Shown here piece after piece: positions 1 to 12,361 of a stretch of 45,715 nt of DNA. This DNA is from Octopus sinensis (Eukaryota). Made by a program: the position numbers and the translations under genes. The notes under the pieces were generated by a model, which did not search any database, was not told where the DNA came from, and saw nothing but the letters and a program-made list of their open reading frames with translations. The stretch covers positions 1 through 45,715 of the forward strand of contig NW_021826202.1 of NCBI RefSeq assembly GCF_006345805.1, written 5' to 3'. The first letter of the stretch is position 1; every line of letters starts with the position of its first letter.

Positions 1-96
1 GTAAGAGACACTGCCCAAGATGCCACGCACTGGGACTTGAACCCGGAACCATGTGGTTGGTAAGCAAGGTACTTACCACACAGCCACTCCTGCGCC
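1..96 (-). mobile_element. tRNA-derived SINE family A, 5' head (truncated by window edge)
   Basis: Reverse complement reads GGCGCAGGAGTGGCTGTGTGGTAAG...GGTTCAAGTCC with Pol III A-box and B-box-like motifs; matches the full copy at 10554-10963. Confidence 0.85.
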
Positions 97-109
97 TATA
101 TATATAGAT

Positions 110-503
110 TAATAGACAGAGAAGGAGAGAAAGATAGACAGAGTGGCAGAGAGACAGACCGAGATGGAGAGACACAAACAAATAACATGACTGAGAGACA
201 GAGAAAGGAAGACAGACAGAAAGGGAGAGTGGTAGACAGGCAGACAGACAGGAAGAAACAGACTGAGTAGGAGAAATAGAGAATGAGAGAGAGAGAGAGG
301 GGGGAGGCAGATAACCTCGCCGAGAGACAGAGAGGGACAAACTAAGCGGTAGAGAGACGGACAAATATAGAACAAACGTAGAGACGGACAAAGTGGCAGA
401 GAGGGAGGGAGAAGGACGGAGAGTGAGAAGCAGACAGGTAGACAGAAACGGTGGCGGCGGGGGCGGAGTACATACTGAAGGGTGGAGGAGCGATGGAGAA
501 GTG

Positions 504-559
<56 letters not shown>

Positions 560-760
560 CAAACAGAAAGGAAAAGTGGGAGATCTAGACAGACTGAGTG
601 GGAGAGAGGTAGACAGACAGAGAGGGAGGGAGAAAGACAGACATAAGGACCAGAGAGTGAGAGGCGGACAGACAGACAGATGGACAGACAGACAGAGGGG
701 GACGGGCTGAGAGGGGGAGGGTAGGAGAGAAGGCAGGGCGCGGGGGGGGGGTGAGAATAA
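110..760. repeat. GA/GACA-rich low-complexity tract
   Basis: (GA)n and GACA runs; explains the S/L/P-rich and E/R-rich ORFs here. Confidence 0.9.
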
Positions 761-1207
761 ATTCTACTAAAATAAATGAAACCCCGCGTAAAAAATACAA
801 TGTCTCCACTTCTGTCTTGACTACAAAAGAATGGAATAATCAAAATTAGAATTAAATTCCATTTTTCCCCCTCTTCTTTTATAATTGCCTCAGTAGGAAA
901 CCTTCCACGATATTCTTTTAATGATTATTGCTGTGTTTTCTAAGACTAAATATTTGTTCTCCTTCCCTTCCACGTCGACCACCATTATTTACGTACGTGT
1001 ATATATATGTATCTTCTCTGATGTATGCGTTTGATGATAATGATGATGATGGCAGTGATGATGATGATGATGATGTATGTAACATCAAAAGAGGTAATGC
1101 CACCCAAAAAGCAACCGGTGCTGAAGGAAATGCAATAGTAATTCCGTTACTTCCTCCACCCTGTCTGTCTGTGTGACTATGCGTGTATAAGTATATACTT
1201 ATGAATA

Positions 1208-1253
<46 letters not shown>

Positions 1254-1364
1254 TTCTTTTACACAGAACTTAAGAAAATATATGTAATGTACGTGTGTAT
1301 ATGTACGTATGTGTATATGTGTGTATAATGTTTATATATATATATATATATATTATATATATGA

Positions 1365-1555
1365 TAGGTCGCTAGCCACTACACATTCTTTATTTTCTCT
1401 CCTTGTTTCTTTCTGTGTTCCTTTCTGTGGAAGAGCGTAGGCCCGAAACGTAAAAGACTTCTCCACTTTCCGAGCGTCAAACTAATACATCTGTTTGTTT
1501 TCTACACCACCTGTCTTCGTCTTTTATTTTTTTTTTTTGGTAAATTCTCCCCTAT
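1365..1555 (+). mobile_element. Short dispersed element with a hammerhead-like motif (Penelope-like terminal repeat type)
   Basis: CTGTGGAA-GAGC-GTAG-GCCC-GAAACGT...GAGCGTC; shares GAAGAGC..GAAACGT and GAGCGTC..TAATACAT..TTTGTT with the minus-strand element at 31770-31965; lies next to a TA-rich tract. PLE assignment is inference. Confidence 0.5.
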
Positions 1556-1795
1556 ATGTTTGTATGATTGTGTATAGAGTTGAAACATTCCTGTCACAAC
1601 CTGGGACCTTGAAGACTGCTTTAATGCAAAAACGTATACTAGCCCCTTAATATTTGATATTCAATATTTCATCTATTCAATAAGACAATCAACACTTCAC
1701 TTCATTTTACTATATATACTATTTATACTCTATATTCTACATTAATATTATAAATATAAATAAAACATAAAAAAGACAGAGTTGGAATTCCATTG

Positions 1796-1834
<39 letters not shown>

Positions 1835-2089
1835 TGTTTTTGTGTTCGTGCATATGTGTTTTATGTACGTATGTGTATTAAATCTACACGTAAACACACA
1901 CATACACATATCTAACATCGACATACACACATATTAAGGTTGTGCCGAAAGTAAAGCAAAAGTGAGCGTAAATTTTGAACCCTTCCCTTATTTCCATGTG
2001 TTCCATGTTATTCTCTGGACATTTCCCTGATGTCCATGCATTATATACTATATATGTTCCTATTGTTTTTAACCGCCAAAGTAACTTAG

Positions 2090-2250
2090 GACGGGATCCT
2101 TTCAGTTTCCGCTTACCAAATTCACTCACAGAGCTTTGCTCGACCCGAGGCTATAGTAAAAGACACTTGTCCAAAGTGCCACGCAGTGGGACTGAACCCG
2201 GGACCATGTGATTGGGAAGCAAGCTTCTTACCACACAGCCACTCTTGCGC
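2090..2250 (-). mobile_element. SINE family A, 5' half
   Basis: Reverse complement of the family A head and body up to the internal microsatellite. Confidence 0.85.
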
Positions 2251-2256
2251 TTTAAA

Positions 2257-2487
2257 GGCGGTGAGCTGGCAAACACGTTAGCGCACTGGGCGAAATGCTT
2301 AGCGGTATTTCGTCTGTTGCTACGTTCTGAGTTCAAATTCCGCCGAGGTCGACTTTGCCTTTCATCCTTTGGTGGTCGATAAATAAAGTACCAGTTTCAC
2401 ACTGGGGGTCGATGTAATCGACTTAATCCCTTTGTCTGTCCTTGTTTGTCCCCTCTATGTTTAGCCCCTTGTGGGCAATAAAGAAAC
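2257..2487 (+). mobile_element. tRNA-derived SINE family B (tail type ...CCCCTTGTGGGCAATAAAGAAA)
   Basis: GGCGGTGAGCTGGCA...GAGTTCAAATTCCGCCGAGGTCGACTTTGCC; B-box-like GAGTTCAAATTCC; many copies in the window. Confidence 0.85.
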
Positions 2488-2525
<38 letters not shown>

Positions 2526-2854
2526 CGCAACCATTACTATATTCCAAATCAATGATGATAACAAAGGAGGAAAAATAGTGTTGAAATGTAGATTGTAGCA
2601 GATTCTTTTACCATTTTTCACAGGAACATTTCACAATTCCAAGAAGACGTTATGAAAACAAGATCAAACTGAAATATCCTTTTGTTCTTTTCGCTATTAT
2701 TTTTGTAATTATATATTTTGGAGGTTTTTCAATGTTATCTGGAGTGTTTTCGGTTTCTTTTATTTTGGTTTTAATGTTCTTTTTTTTTTACATTCATATA
2801 TTATGCATAAGGCGCACATACATATATAATTACATATATATAATCTACCTACAG

Positions 2855-2890
<36 letters not shown>

Positions 2891-3334
2891 CAACAAATAT
2901 ATGTCGTGTGTGTGTGTGTGTGTGTGTGTATTTACCATTTCTTAAGACCTCTAAATATGTTTTTATAATGCTTAAATGATTTGAGATATTGCCTTTTTGT
3001 AACGTTAGTGAAGTTGCCGACGAAGATTATTGCAGTACAATAAGGCCACCATTATCACCATTAACGGCAACAACAACAACAACAACAACAATAATAATAA
3101 TGATAATAATAATAATAATAATCGTTTGCCGTTGTTGAAATTGTTGCTTGTGAATACAATCACATTATACTTTAAGGATATTCAATGTTGTTACTAAAGT
3201 AGTACCCGTCAAAAACGACGGGGTTTATTTTTATCTCCTGATAGTAATTCTTAATCTTTACGCTTCAAGCCTCTCCCCATGTTCTTCTTGTGTTTCATTT
3301 TGACTTCTTTCAGTTCTTATTACCTTACAGTATT

Positions 3335-3465
3335 CCGCCGAGGTCTGCTTTGCCTTTCATCCTTTCAGGGTCGATAAAATAACTACCAGTTGATTACTGG
3401 GGTCTATTTAATCGACTTTGCGTCTCTCCCAAAATTGCTGGCCTTGTGCTAAAATTTGAAACCTT
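3335..3465 (+). mobile_element. SINE family B, 5'-truncated, alternative tail
   Basis: TTCCGCCGAGGTC..TTTGCCTTTCATCC..AAAATTGCTGGCCTTGTG..AAATTTGAAACC. Confidence 0.7.
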
Positions 3466-3489
3466 TATTACATTGTAGTTATTTCTGTC

Positions 3490-3587
3490 CTCCCAGCTGT
3501 TTTCCATAAACAACATTGCCCAGACTTGTGCCTCGGAGGGTAACATTCTAGGTGCAATCCCATGGTCATTCATGACCGAATGGGGTC
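3490..3587 (+). mobile_element. 3' tail of SINE family C variant
   Basis: CCATAAACAAC.TTGCCC.GACTTGTGCCT...GCAATCCCATGGTCA.TCATGACCGAA.GGGGTC matches about 17030-17118. Confidence 0.7.
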
Positions 3588-3842
3588 ACAGTACAAAGAG
3601 AAAGACAGGAGTGGTGTTATTGGTTAGGATGATGGTTACATTACAAATGGTGGTAGTGGTTTTGGTGGCGGTGATAGTCGTGGTCATGACGATAGGATGC
3701 AGGGATGGACGGTGGTAAAGTGATTTTGTGTAGTGATGGTTGTAACAGTGGTTGTAAGGATGATGGTGCATGTCTAGTTGTGGTGGTGGTGGTCGTCGTC
3801 GTCATCGTTGTGAGAGTGTCGTAGTGGTAGAGTTTCTTGTTC

Positions 3843-6800
3843 CAGGTCAGCTTCGATCGATCAGGCTTGATCAAAGGCTTTCCAGCCTTGACTCTCCCTT
3901 TCGATGATTGCAATGATGATGATGATGATGATAATAATTATAACATGAATTCCACTCTACCTTGCTCCTATAAATCTGGGGTCTTTTCTATGTAAAAAAG
4001 AGGACAGGTCAGCTTCGATCGATCAGGCCTGATGAAAGGCTTTCCAGCCTTGACTCTCCCTTTCGATGATTGCAATGATGATGATGATAATAATTATAAC
4101 ATGAATTCCACTCTACCTTGCTCCTATAATCTGGGTCTTTTCTATGTAAAGAGGACAGGTCAGCTTCGATCGATCAGGCCTGATGAAAGGCTTTCCAGCC
4201 TTGACTCTCCCTTTCGATGATTGCAATGATGATGATGATGATGATGATAATAATTATAACATGAATTCCACTCTACCTTGCTCCTATAAATCTGGGGTCT
4301 TTTCTATGTAAAAAAGAGGACAGGTCAGCTTCGATCGATCAGGCCTGATGAAAGGCTTTCCAGCCTGACTCTCCCTTTCGATGATTGCAATGATGATGAT
4401 GATAATAATTATAACATGAATTCCACTCTACCTTGCTCCTATAAATCTGGGGTCTTTTCTATGTAAAAAAGAGGACAGGTCAGCTTCGATCGATCAGGCC
4501 TGATGAAAGGCTTTCCAGCCTTGACTCTCCCTTTCGATGATTGCAATGATGATGATGATAATAATTATAACATGAATTCCACTCTACCTTGCTCCTATAA
4601 ATCTGGGGTCTTTTCTATGTAAAAAAGAGGACAGGTCAGCTTCGATCGATCAGGCCTGATGAAAGGCTTTCCAGCCTTGACTCTCCCTTTCGATGATTGC
4701 AATTGATGATGATGATGATAATAATTATAACATGATTCCACTCTACCTTGCTCCTATAAATCTGGGGTCTTTTCTATGTAAAAAAGAGGAGCACAGGTCA
4801 GCTTCGATCGATCAGGCCTGATGAAAGGCTTCCAGCCTTGACCTCCCTTTCGATGATTGCAATGATGATGATGATAATAATTATAACATGAATCCACTCT
4901 ACTACCTTGCTCCTATAAATCTGGGGTCTTTTCTATGTAAAAAAGAGGACAGGTCAGCTTCGATCGATCAGGCTGATGAAAGGCTTTCCAGCCTTGACTC
5001 TCCCTTTCGATGATTGCAATGATGATGATGATAATATTATAACATGAATTCCACTCTACCTTGCTCCTATAAATCTGGGGTCTTTTCTATGTAAAAAAGG
5101 AGGACAGTCAGCTTCGATCGATCAGGCCTGATGAAAGGCTTTCCAGCCTTGACTCTCCCTTTCGATGATTGCAATGATGATGATGATAATAATTATAACA
5201 TGAATTCCACTCTACCTTGCTCCTATAAATCTGGGGTCTTTTCTATGTAAAAAAGAGGACAGGTCAGCTTCGATCGATCAGGCCTGATGAAAGGCTTTCC
5301 AGCCTTGACTCTCCCTTTCGATGATTGCAATGATGATGATGATAATAATTTAACATGAATCGCACTCTACCTGTCTCCTATAAATCTGGGGTCTTTTCTA
5401 TGTAAAAAAGAGGACAGGTCAGCTTCGATCGATCAGGCCTGATGAAAGGCTTTCCAGCCTTGACTCTCCCTTTCGATGATTGCAATGATGATGATGATGA
5501 TAATAATTATAACATGAATTCCACTCTACCTTGCTCCTATAAATCTGGGGTCTTTTCTATGTAAAAAAGAGGACAGGTCAGCTTCGATCGATCAGGCCTG
5601 ATGAAAGGCTTTCCAGCCTTGACTCTCCCTTTCGATGATTGCACTGATGATGATGATAATAATTATAACATGAATTCACTCTACCTTGCTCCTATAAATC
5701 TCTGGGGTCTTTTCTATGTAAAAAAGAGGACCAGGTCAGCTTCGATCGATCAGGCCTGATGAAAGGCTTTCCAGCCTTGACTCTCCCTTTCGATGATTGC
5801 AATGATGATGATGATGATAATAATATAACATGAATTCCACTCTACCTTGCTCCTATAAATCTGGGGTCTTTTCTATTAAAAAGAGGACAGGTCAGCTTCG
5901 ATCGATCAGGCCTGATGAAAGGCTTTCCAGCCTTGACTCTCCCTTTCGATGATTGCAATGATGATGATGATGATATAATTATAACATGAATTCCACTCTA
6001 ACCTTGCTCCTATAAATCTGGGGTCTTTTCTATGTAAAAAAGGGACAGGTCAGCTTCGATCGATCAGGCCTGATGAAAGGCTTTCCAGCCTTGACTCTCC
6101 CTTTCGATGATTGCAATGATGATGATGATAATAATTATAACATGAATTCCACTCTACCTTGCTCCTATAAATCTGGGGTCTTTTCTATGTAAAAAAGAGG
6201 ACAGGTCAGCTTCGATCGATCAGGCCTGATGAAAGGCTTTCCAGCCTTGACTCTCCCTTTCGATGATTGCAATGATGATGATGATAATAATTATAACATG
6301 AATTCACTCTACCTTCCTGCTCCTATAAATCTGGGTTCTTTTCTATGTAAAAAAGAGGACAGGTCAGCTTCGATCGATCAGGCCTGATGAAAGGCTTTCC
6401 AGCCTTGACTCTCCCTTTCGATGATTGCAATGATGATGATGATAATATTATAACATGAATTCCACTCTACCTTGCTCCTATAAATCTGGGGTCTTTTCTA
6501 TGTAAAAAAAGAGGACAGGTCAGCTTCGATCGATCGATCAGCCTGATGAAAGGCTTTCAGCCTTGACTCTCCCTTTCGATGATTGCAATGATGATGATGA
6601 TAATAATTATACATGAATTCCACTCTACCTTGCTCCTATAAATCTGGGGTCTTTTCTATGTAAAAAAGAGGACAGGTCAGCTTCGATCGATCAGGCCTGA
6701 TGAAAGGCTTTCCAGCCTTGACTCTCCTCTCCTTCGATGATTGCAATGATGATGGATGTTATGATGATGATATAATAATTATAACATGAATTCCACTCTA

Positions 6801-7474
6801 CCTTGCTCCTATAAATCTGGGGTCTTTTCTATGTAAAAAAGAGGACAGGTCAGCTTCGATCGATCAGGCCTGATGAAAGGCTTTCCAGCCTTGACTCTCC
6901 CTTTCGATGATTGCAATGATGATGATGATAATAATTATAACATGAATTCCACTCTACCTTGCTCCTATAAATCTGGGGTCTTTTCTATGTAAAAAAGAGG
7001 ACAGGTCAGCTTCGATCGATCAGGCCTGATGAAAGGCTTTCCAGCCTTGACTCTCCCTTTCGATGATTGCAATGATGATGATGATAATAATTATAACATG
7101 AATTCCACTCTACCTTGCTCCTATAAATCTGGGGTCTTTTCTATGTAAAAAAGAGGACAGGTCAGCTTCGATCGATCAGGCCTGATGAAAGGCTTTCCCT
7201 TACTCTCTCCCTTTCGAGATTGCAATGATGATGATGATAATAATTATAACATGAATTCCACTCTACCTTGCTCCTATAAATCTGGGGTCTTTTCTATGTA
7301 AAAAAGAGGACAGGTCAGCTTCGATCGATCAGGCCTGATGAAAGGCTTCCAGCCTTGACTCTCCCTTTCGATGATTGCAATGATGATGATGATAATAATT
7401 ATAACATGAATTCCACTCTACCTTGCTCCTATAAATCTGGGGTCTTTTCTTCTACGTAAAAAAAAAAAAGGGGA
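3843..7474. repeat. Tandem array of a 156-bp unit, 23 copies
   Basis: Unit AGGACAGGTCAGCTTCGATCGATCAGGCCTGATGAAAGGC...GGGGTCTTTTCTATGTAAAAAAG. Unit starts at about 3843, 4001, 4152, 4317, 4472, 4628, 4787, 4946, 5101, 5256, 5411, 5570, 5727, 5884, 6043, 6198, 6356, 6512, 6669, 6842, 6998, 7154, 7307. Confidence 0.97.
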
Positions 7475-7479
7475 CGAGA

Positions 7480-10330
7480 ATGGATTATGCACCACAACCA
7501 CCACCACCATCCTTCCCATCATCACCGCCACCACCTCCATTTCATTTTATTCATTCCTCCTCCCAGCCACCCTCTCAGTTTGATTAACTCTTCACACTAT
7601 CTCTGCTGCACTGCTGTGAACTCCCAATGTTAGGGAGCAGCAGAATGGTAAAGGTAAAGGGGTGAGGAGGAGGTGCGGCATGGTGTAAATAGGGTGCAGC
7701 AGAGTGCAGGGATGAAGAGGATGAAGAACTAGTGGTGGTGGTGGTGGTGGTGTTTGTCTTGGTAGTAAGTCGTGCTGTGATGGTGCACTGTTGTGTTGTG
7801 TAGTATAAATAGGGTACAGGAGAGGGGGAGCTGTGGTGGTGGTGGTGGTGGTGGGTGGTAGTATTGATGGTGAGTGTTGAGGATGGCGGCGGTGGTGATA
7901 GTTATAACCGTAGTGGTAGTGCTGATGGCGGCGATAGTGATGGTGGTACTGGCAGTGGTGGTGGTGATAGTGGTAACCGTAGTAGTAGGGGTGGTGATGG
8001 TGGTAACTGCAGTGGTAGTGATGATGGTGGTAACCGTAGTGGTAGGGCTGAAGGCGATGGTGGAGGTGATGGTGGTGGTGGTGATGATGGTAACTGCAGT
8101 GGTAGTGGTGATGGTGGTAGTAGTGGTGGTGGTGATAGTGGTAACTGTAGTGGTAGGGCTGATGGCGGCAGTGGTGATAGTGGTAACCTAACCGTAGTGG
8201 TGGTGGTGGTGATGTGGATGCTAGTGTTGAAGGTGGCGGCGGTGGTGATGGTAGTAACCGTAGTGGTAGTGGTGATGATAGTGATGGTTGTGGTTGGTGT
8301 TGGTGGTAGTTGCAGTAGAAGCACTAGTGGTGGTTAATATTGAGCTGGTGTTGGTGGCGATGGTGGTTGTGTTGGCAACGTTACTGGCGATGGTGATGGT
8401 GGTGGTGGTGGTGTTTCGTCACTCAGGTATCAATCAGATATATTTTGGTGGTGGTGGTGGTGGTAGTAGTAGTAGTCATAGTAGAAAATGACAGTGGTGA
8501 TGGTATGAGTAGTAATAATTGTGGTGGTAAATGGTATGGTGGTACTGACAGTGCTGGAAGATGGTATGGTGATGATAGTAGCGTTGGTGGAGGTGGCGGA
8601 GGGGTAGTGGTTATAATTACCATCGCTACCATTGCCACTAATCCACTTCCCCAACCCTCTACACCATCCACCTACTGACCTATTTAACGACATAACTGAA
8701 TCCGCCCCCTCCCTTTTTTTTAATCCCCTGCTCACCCCCGGTCTTGCTCCCTGCTTCCACCTCCACCAATGGTCCCAACGCTGGTGTACTTACTCTTTCA
8801 TCACCCTACAAGATATTAAGATGATATAACGATGATGATGATGATGATGGTGATGATAATGATGATGTCCATGGTGATGATGATGATAATGATGATGTCC
8901 ATGATGGTGATGAGTGAGACGATCATCATCAAGTACATTTTGATTAAGTGGTATGATGGTTAATGGCAACGAGAATGATGGTGAAGAAGGGGGGCGGGGT
9001 GGGGAAGAGGGCTTGATGGTGAGGATAATATTCATAATGACATCTTCGACATAACGATTGGCTGCTGACGATGATGATAATGTTAACGACGGCGATGATG
9101 ATAATGATGATGATGACATTGGAGGCTGTTTTTGTTGTTATTGCCCTTTGCTAATGATAATAACTTAGTTAATGATGATGATGGTGATGATGATAACTAT
9201 AATAATAATAATAATAATAATAATAACCAGATGACGTTGATGACACCAGACCATTGGCAAATTAAGACCGTTAAAATGATGGCGGCGGTGGCACCGGTGA
9301 TGGTAGCAGCAGCGGTGGTGGTGGTGAATGGTGGCGGTGGTGGTGGTGTTGGTAGTGTGGTTAATGATGTTGGCCGCCATATTGTTGTTTATGTTGTTAT
9401 TGTTGCTGATTGTGGTGGTGGTGGTAGTAGTGGTGATGATTGCGATAGTAATGGTGGTGGTGGTGGTTGGTGGTGATGGTTGCGATAGTAATGGTGGTGG
9501 TGGTGGTGGTGATGGTTGCGATAGTAATGGTGGTGGTGGTGGTGGTGGTGGTGGTGGTGATGGTTGCGATAGTAATGGTGGTGGTGGTGGTGGTGATGGT
9601 TGCGATAGTAATGGTGGTGGTGGTGGCGTTCTGTTAATGACGTCGGCGGGGGTAATTATTACAATCCACCCTTATTGTTCATTGGTGACCTCATCACTTA
9701 CGATACCAGCATCACTCTTTAATACTCCTCCCCCCACTCGCACACACACACGTACGCACACTCCCGCGCGCATACATGCTCCGAAGTGATGCTGACAATA
9801 ACAGCAAGTAATGATGACATGTGACGATAAATGCAAAACAATGATGACGATGACGACGATGATAATGGTGGTGGTGGTGGTGGTGGTGGTGGTGACAGTT
9901 TTCGTAATGGTAATAATTACGTTGCTTATGGTTATTGAAGGTGTTGTAGGTAATTATGACGTTGCTGCTGCTGCTGCTGCTAATGGTAACGACGGTGGGG
10001 TTGCTGGTAGCGGCAGTGGTGGTAGTAATAACGGGAGTAGTAGTAGTGGTGGTGGTGGTGGTGGTGGTAGTGGTGGTGGTGGTGGTGGTAGTAGTAGTAG
10101 TAGTAGTGGTGGTGGTGGTGGTGGTAGTGGTAGTAGTAGTAGTAGTGGTAATGGTGGTGGTAATGGTGCTGGTGCTTCTACTGCCGCTGAGATGAACTAT
10201 GGCAAAGGTGATAATTGCGATAAAGATAATGTTGATGATGACGATGGTGATGATGAAGACAGCGATAATGATGGTGGTAGTTTGTCGAAAATGATGATGA
10301 GGATGGCGATAATGATGATTATGACATCAT
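7480..10330. repeat. Large GGT/GAT/AGT trinucleotide low-complexity block with embedded minisatellites
   Basis: Degenerate GGTAACCGTAGTGGTAG repeats at about 7890-8260; five GGTGATG(G/A)TTGCGATAGTAAT(GGT)n units at about 9432-9625. Confidence 0.9.
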
Positions 10331-10553
10331 TTCCGCTCTACCTTAACCTTGTGAATTTGAAAATTTTTTCTATGTTAAAGGAGATAGGAATGGTCTAAGC
10401 ATCGTATAGTTACACATACACACACTTATGTAAATTATACGTACATAAAACAGACACCAACACACACACGTACATTTTTATTGATAGTGTGATCCGAAAA
10501 AATCTTGGTACAGGAAGTTAGTAAATATCAAATATGTACACAGCTTGTATATA

Positions 10554-10963
10554 GGCGCAGGAGTGGCTGTGTGGTAAGTAGCTTGCTTACCAACCACATG
10601 GTTCCGGGTTCAGTCCCACTGCGTGGCAACTTGGGCAAGTGTCTTCAGCTTATAACCCCGGGCCGACCAAAGCCTTGTGAGTGGATTTAGTAGACGGAAA
10701 CTGAAAGAAGCCCGTCGTATATATGTATGTATATATATGTGTGTGTGTATGTTTGTGTGTCTGTGTGTGTCCCCCTAGCATTGCTTGACAACCGATGCTG
10801 GTGTGTTTACGTCCCCGTTACTTAGCGGTTCGGCAAAAGAGACCGATAGAATAAGTACTGGGCTTACAAAAGAATAAGTCCCGGGATCGAATTGCTCGAT
10901 TAAAGGCGGTGCTCCAGCATGGCCGCAGTCAAATGACTGAAACAAGTAAAAGAGTAAAAGAGT
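10554..10963 (+). mobile_element. SINE family A, full length (about 410 bp)
   Basis: tRNA-like head with A/B boxes, internal TA/TG microsatellite, body ending GGCGGTGCTCCAGCATGGCCGCAGTC and an (AGTAAAAG)-type tail. Confidence 0.9.
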
Positions 10964-11105
10964 ATATGACATAAAGCGGATACTACTCGGTCGACAAAGT
11001 TTATTAATGGATATGTGTTGTACACTTCGTCCCATATCGAATTGGATGGAGATTTCGATAAGATGACCGTCGATACACAACTCACGATTATATATATGTA
11101 TATAT

Positions 11106-11325
11106 TCTTTTATTCGTTTACTTGTTTCAATCATTTGACTGCGGCCATGCTAGAGCACCGCCTCGAAAGGGTTTTTAGTCGAAGAAATCGCCACCAGGAC
11201 TTATTTTGAAACTTTGTTCTTACTCTAGTAAGGGGGACGGAAACACACTAACACCGGTTGCTGAACGGTGATGGTGGGTACAAACAGACACAAATATACA
11301 GACACACACACACACAAACACACAC

Positions 11326-11375
<50 letters not shown>

Positions 11376-11537
11376 GATGGGCTTCTTTCAGTTTACGTCT
11401 AGCAAATACACTCGCAAGACTTTGGTCGGCCCAAGACTATTGTAGAAGACACACTCACCCAAGGTGCTACGCTGTGAGACTGAACCCAGAACCATGTAGC
11501 TGAGAAGCAAGCTTCTTACCACACAACTACGCCTGCA
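11106..11537 (-). mobile_element. SINE family A, diverged near-full copy
   Basis: Reverse complement of the family A tail (TTGACTGCGGCCATGCTAGAGCACCGCC), body and head. Confidence 0.8.
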
Positions 11538-11575
11538 CACACACACACAACACACACACACACATAAATATTAAG

Positions 11576-11785
11576 GCGGCGAGCTGGCAGAAACATTAGC
11601 ACGCCGGGCGAAGTGCGTAGACGTATTTCGTCTGCCGCTACGTTCTGAGTTCAAATTCCGCCGAGGTCGACTTTGCCTTTCAACCTTTTGGGGTCGATTA
11701 AATAAGTACCAGTTACGCACCGGGGTCGATATAATCGACTTAATCCCTTTGTTTGTCCTTGTTTGGCCCCTTGTGGGTAGTAAAG

Positions 11786-11790
<5 letters not shown>
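11576..11790 (+). mobile_element. SINE family B
   Basis: GGCGGCGAGCTGGCAGAA...GTGGGTAGTAAAGAAATA. Confidence 0.88.
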
Positions 11791-11820
<30 letters not shown>

Positions 11821-12361
11821 CACGCATGCAAATACGTATATAATCTCATCGATAATGGGGTGAAATTGTGATGATTTTCGGTCGATAACCGAGGAGGGGT
11901 GAACGTGTCCACGTCCTTTGTCTGATTTTTCCTGTTTTCCATGTGTTGCTTCGTCATCTTTGTGCGCAAATTTTTTACACTCATTCCCTCTCTTTATATA
12001 CGCACGTGTGTAAGTAAGTATGTTTGTATGTACGTTTGTAAACACACGCATGCATATAAACATTTTATTAATTATAAGGAATTTTAACGGAGCCATAAGT
12101 TCAAACGTTATTTTTGTTTCGAGGGAAGAGGTCGTGTGTAGGGAGAAATATTGATGATATCGATCCAGAGAATATAAGTACTAGTTTATTTTATCGATTT
12201 CAGAAAATAACAGAAAGCTAAATAGCCTCCATCCAATGAGATTTGTTTGAACTGATGAACAAAAGGCGGAAATTTTGACCTAATGATCTAATAGCATAAA
12301 GAATACCGATGGCGTATCCTTTACATGGGAACTATAATGTTCAAATAATAATAATAATAAT

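Noticed and set aside
2600-2968. Acceptor-like TTTTTCACAG at 2623 followed by an open hydrophobic frame
   Set aside because: Hydrophobicity follows from T-richness, there is no good donor, and the frame runs into microsatellite.
3843-7474. 156-bp array as a CRISPR array or box C/D snoRNA cluster
   Set aside because: Units are identical along their whole length with no unique spacers; the ATGATGA box C comes from a (GAT)n microsatellite and the terminal stem is poor.
9328-9789. GDGCDSNGGGG repeat peptide resembling a glycine-rich structural protein
   Set aside because: Derived from a minisatellite within a (GGT)n block; no splice signals or convincing start context.
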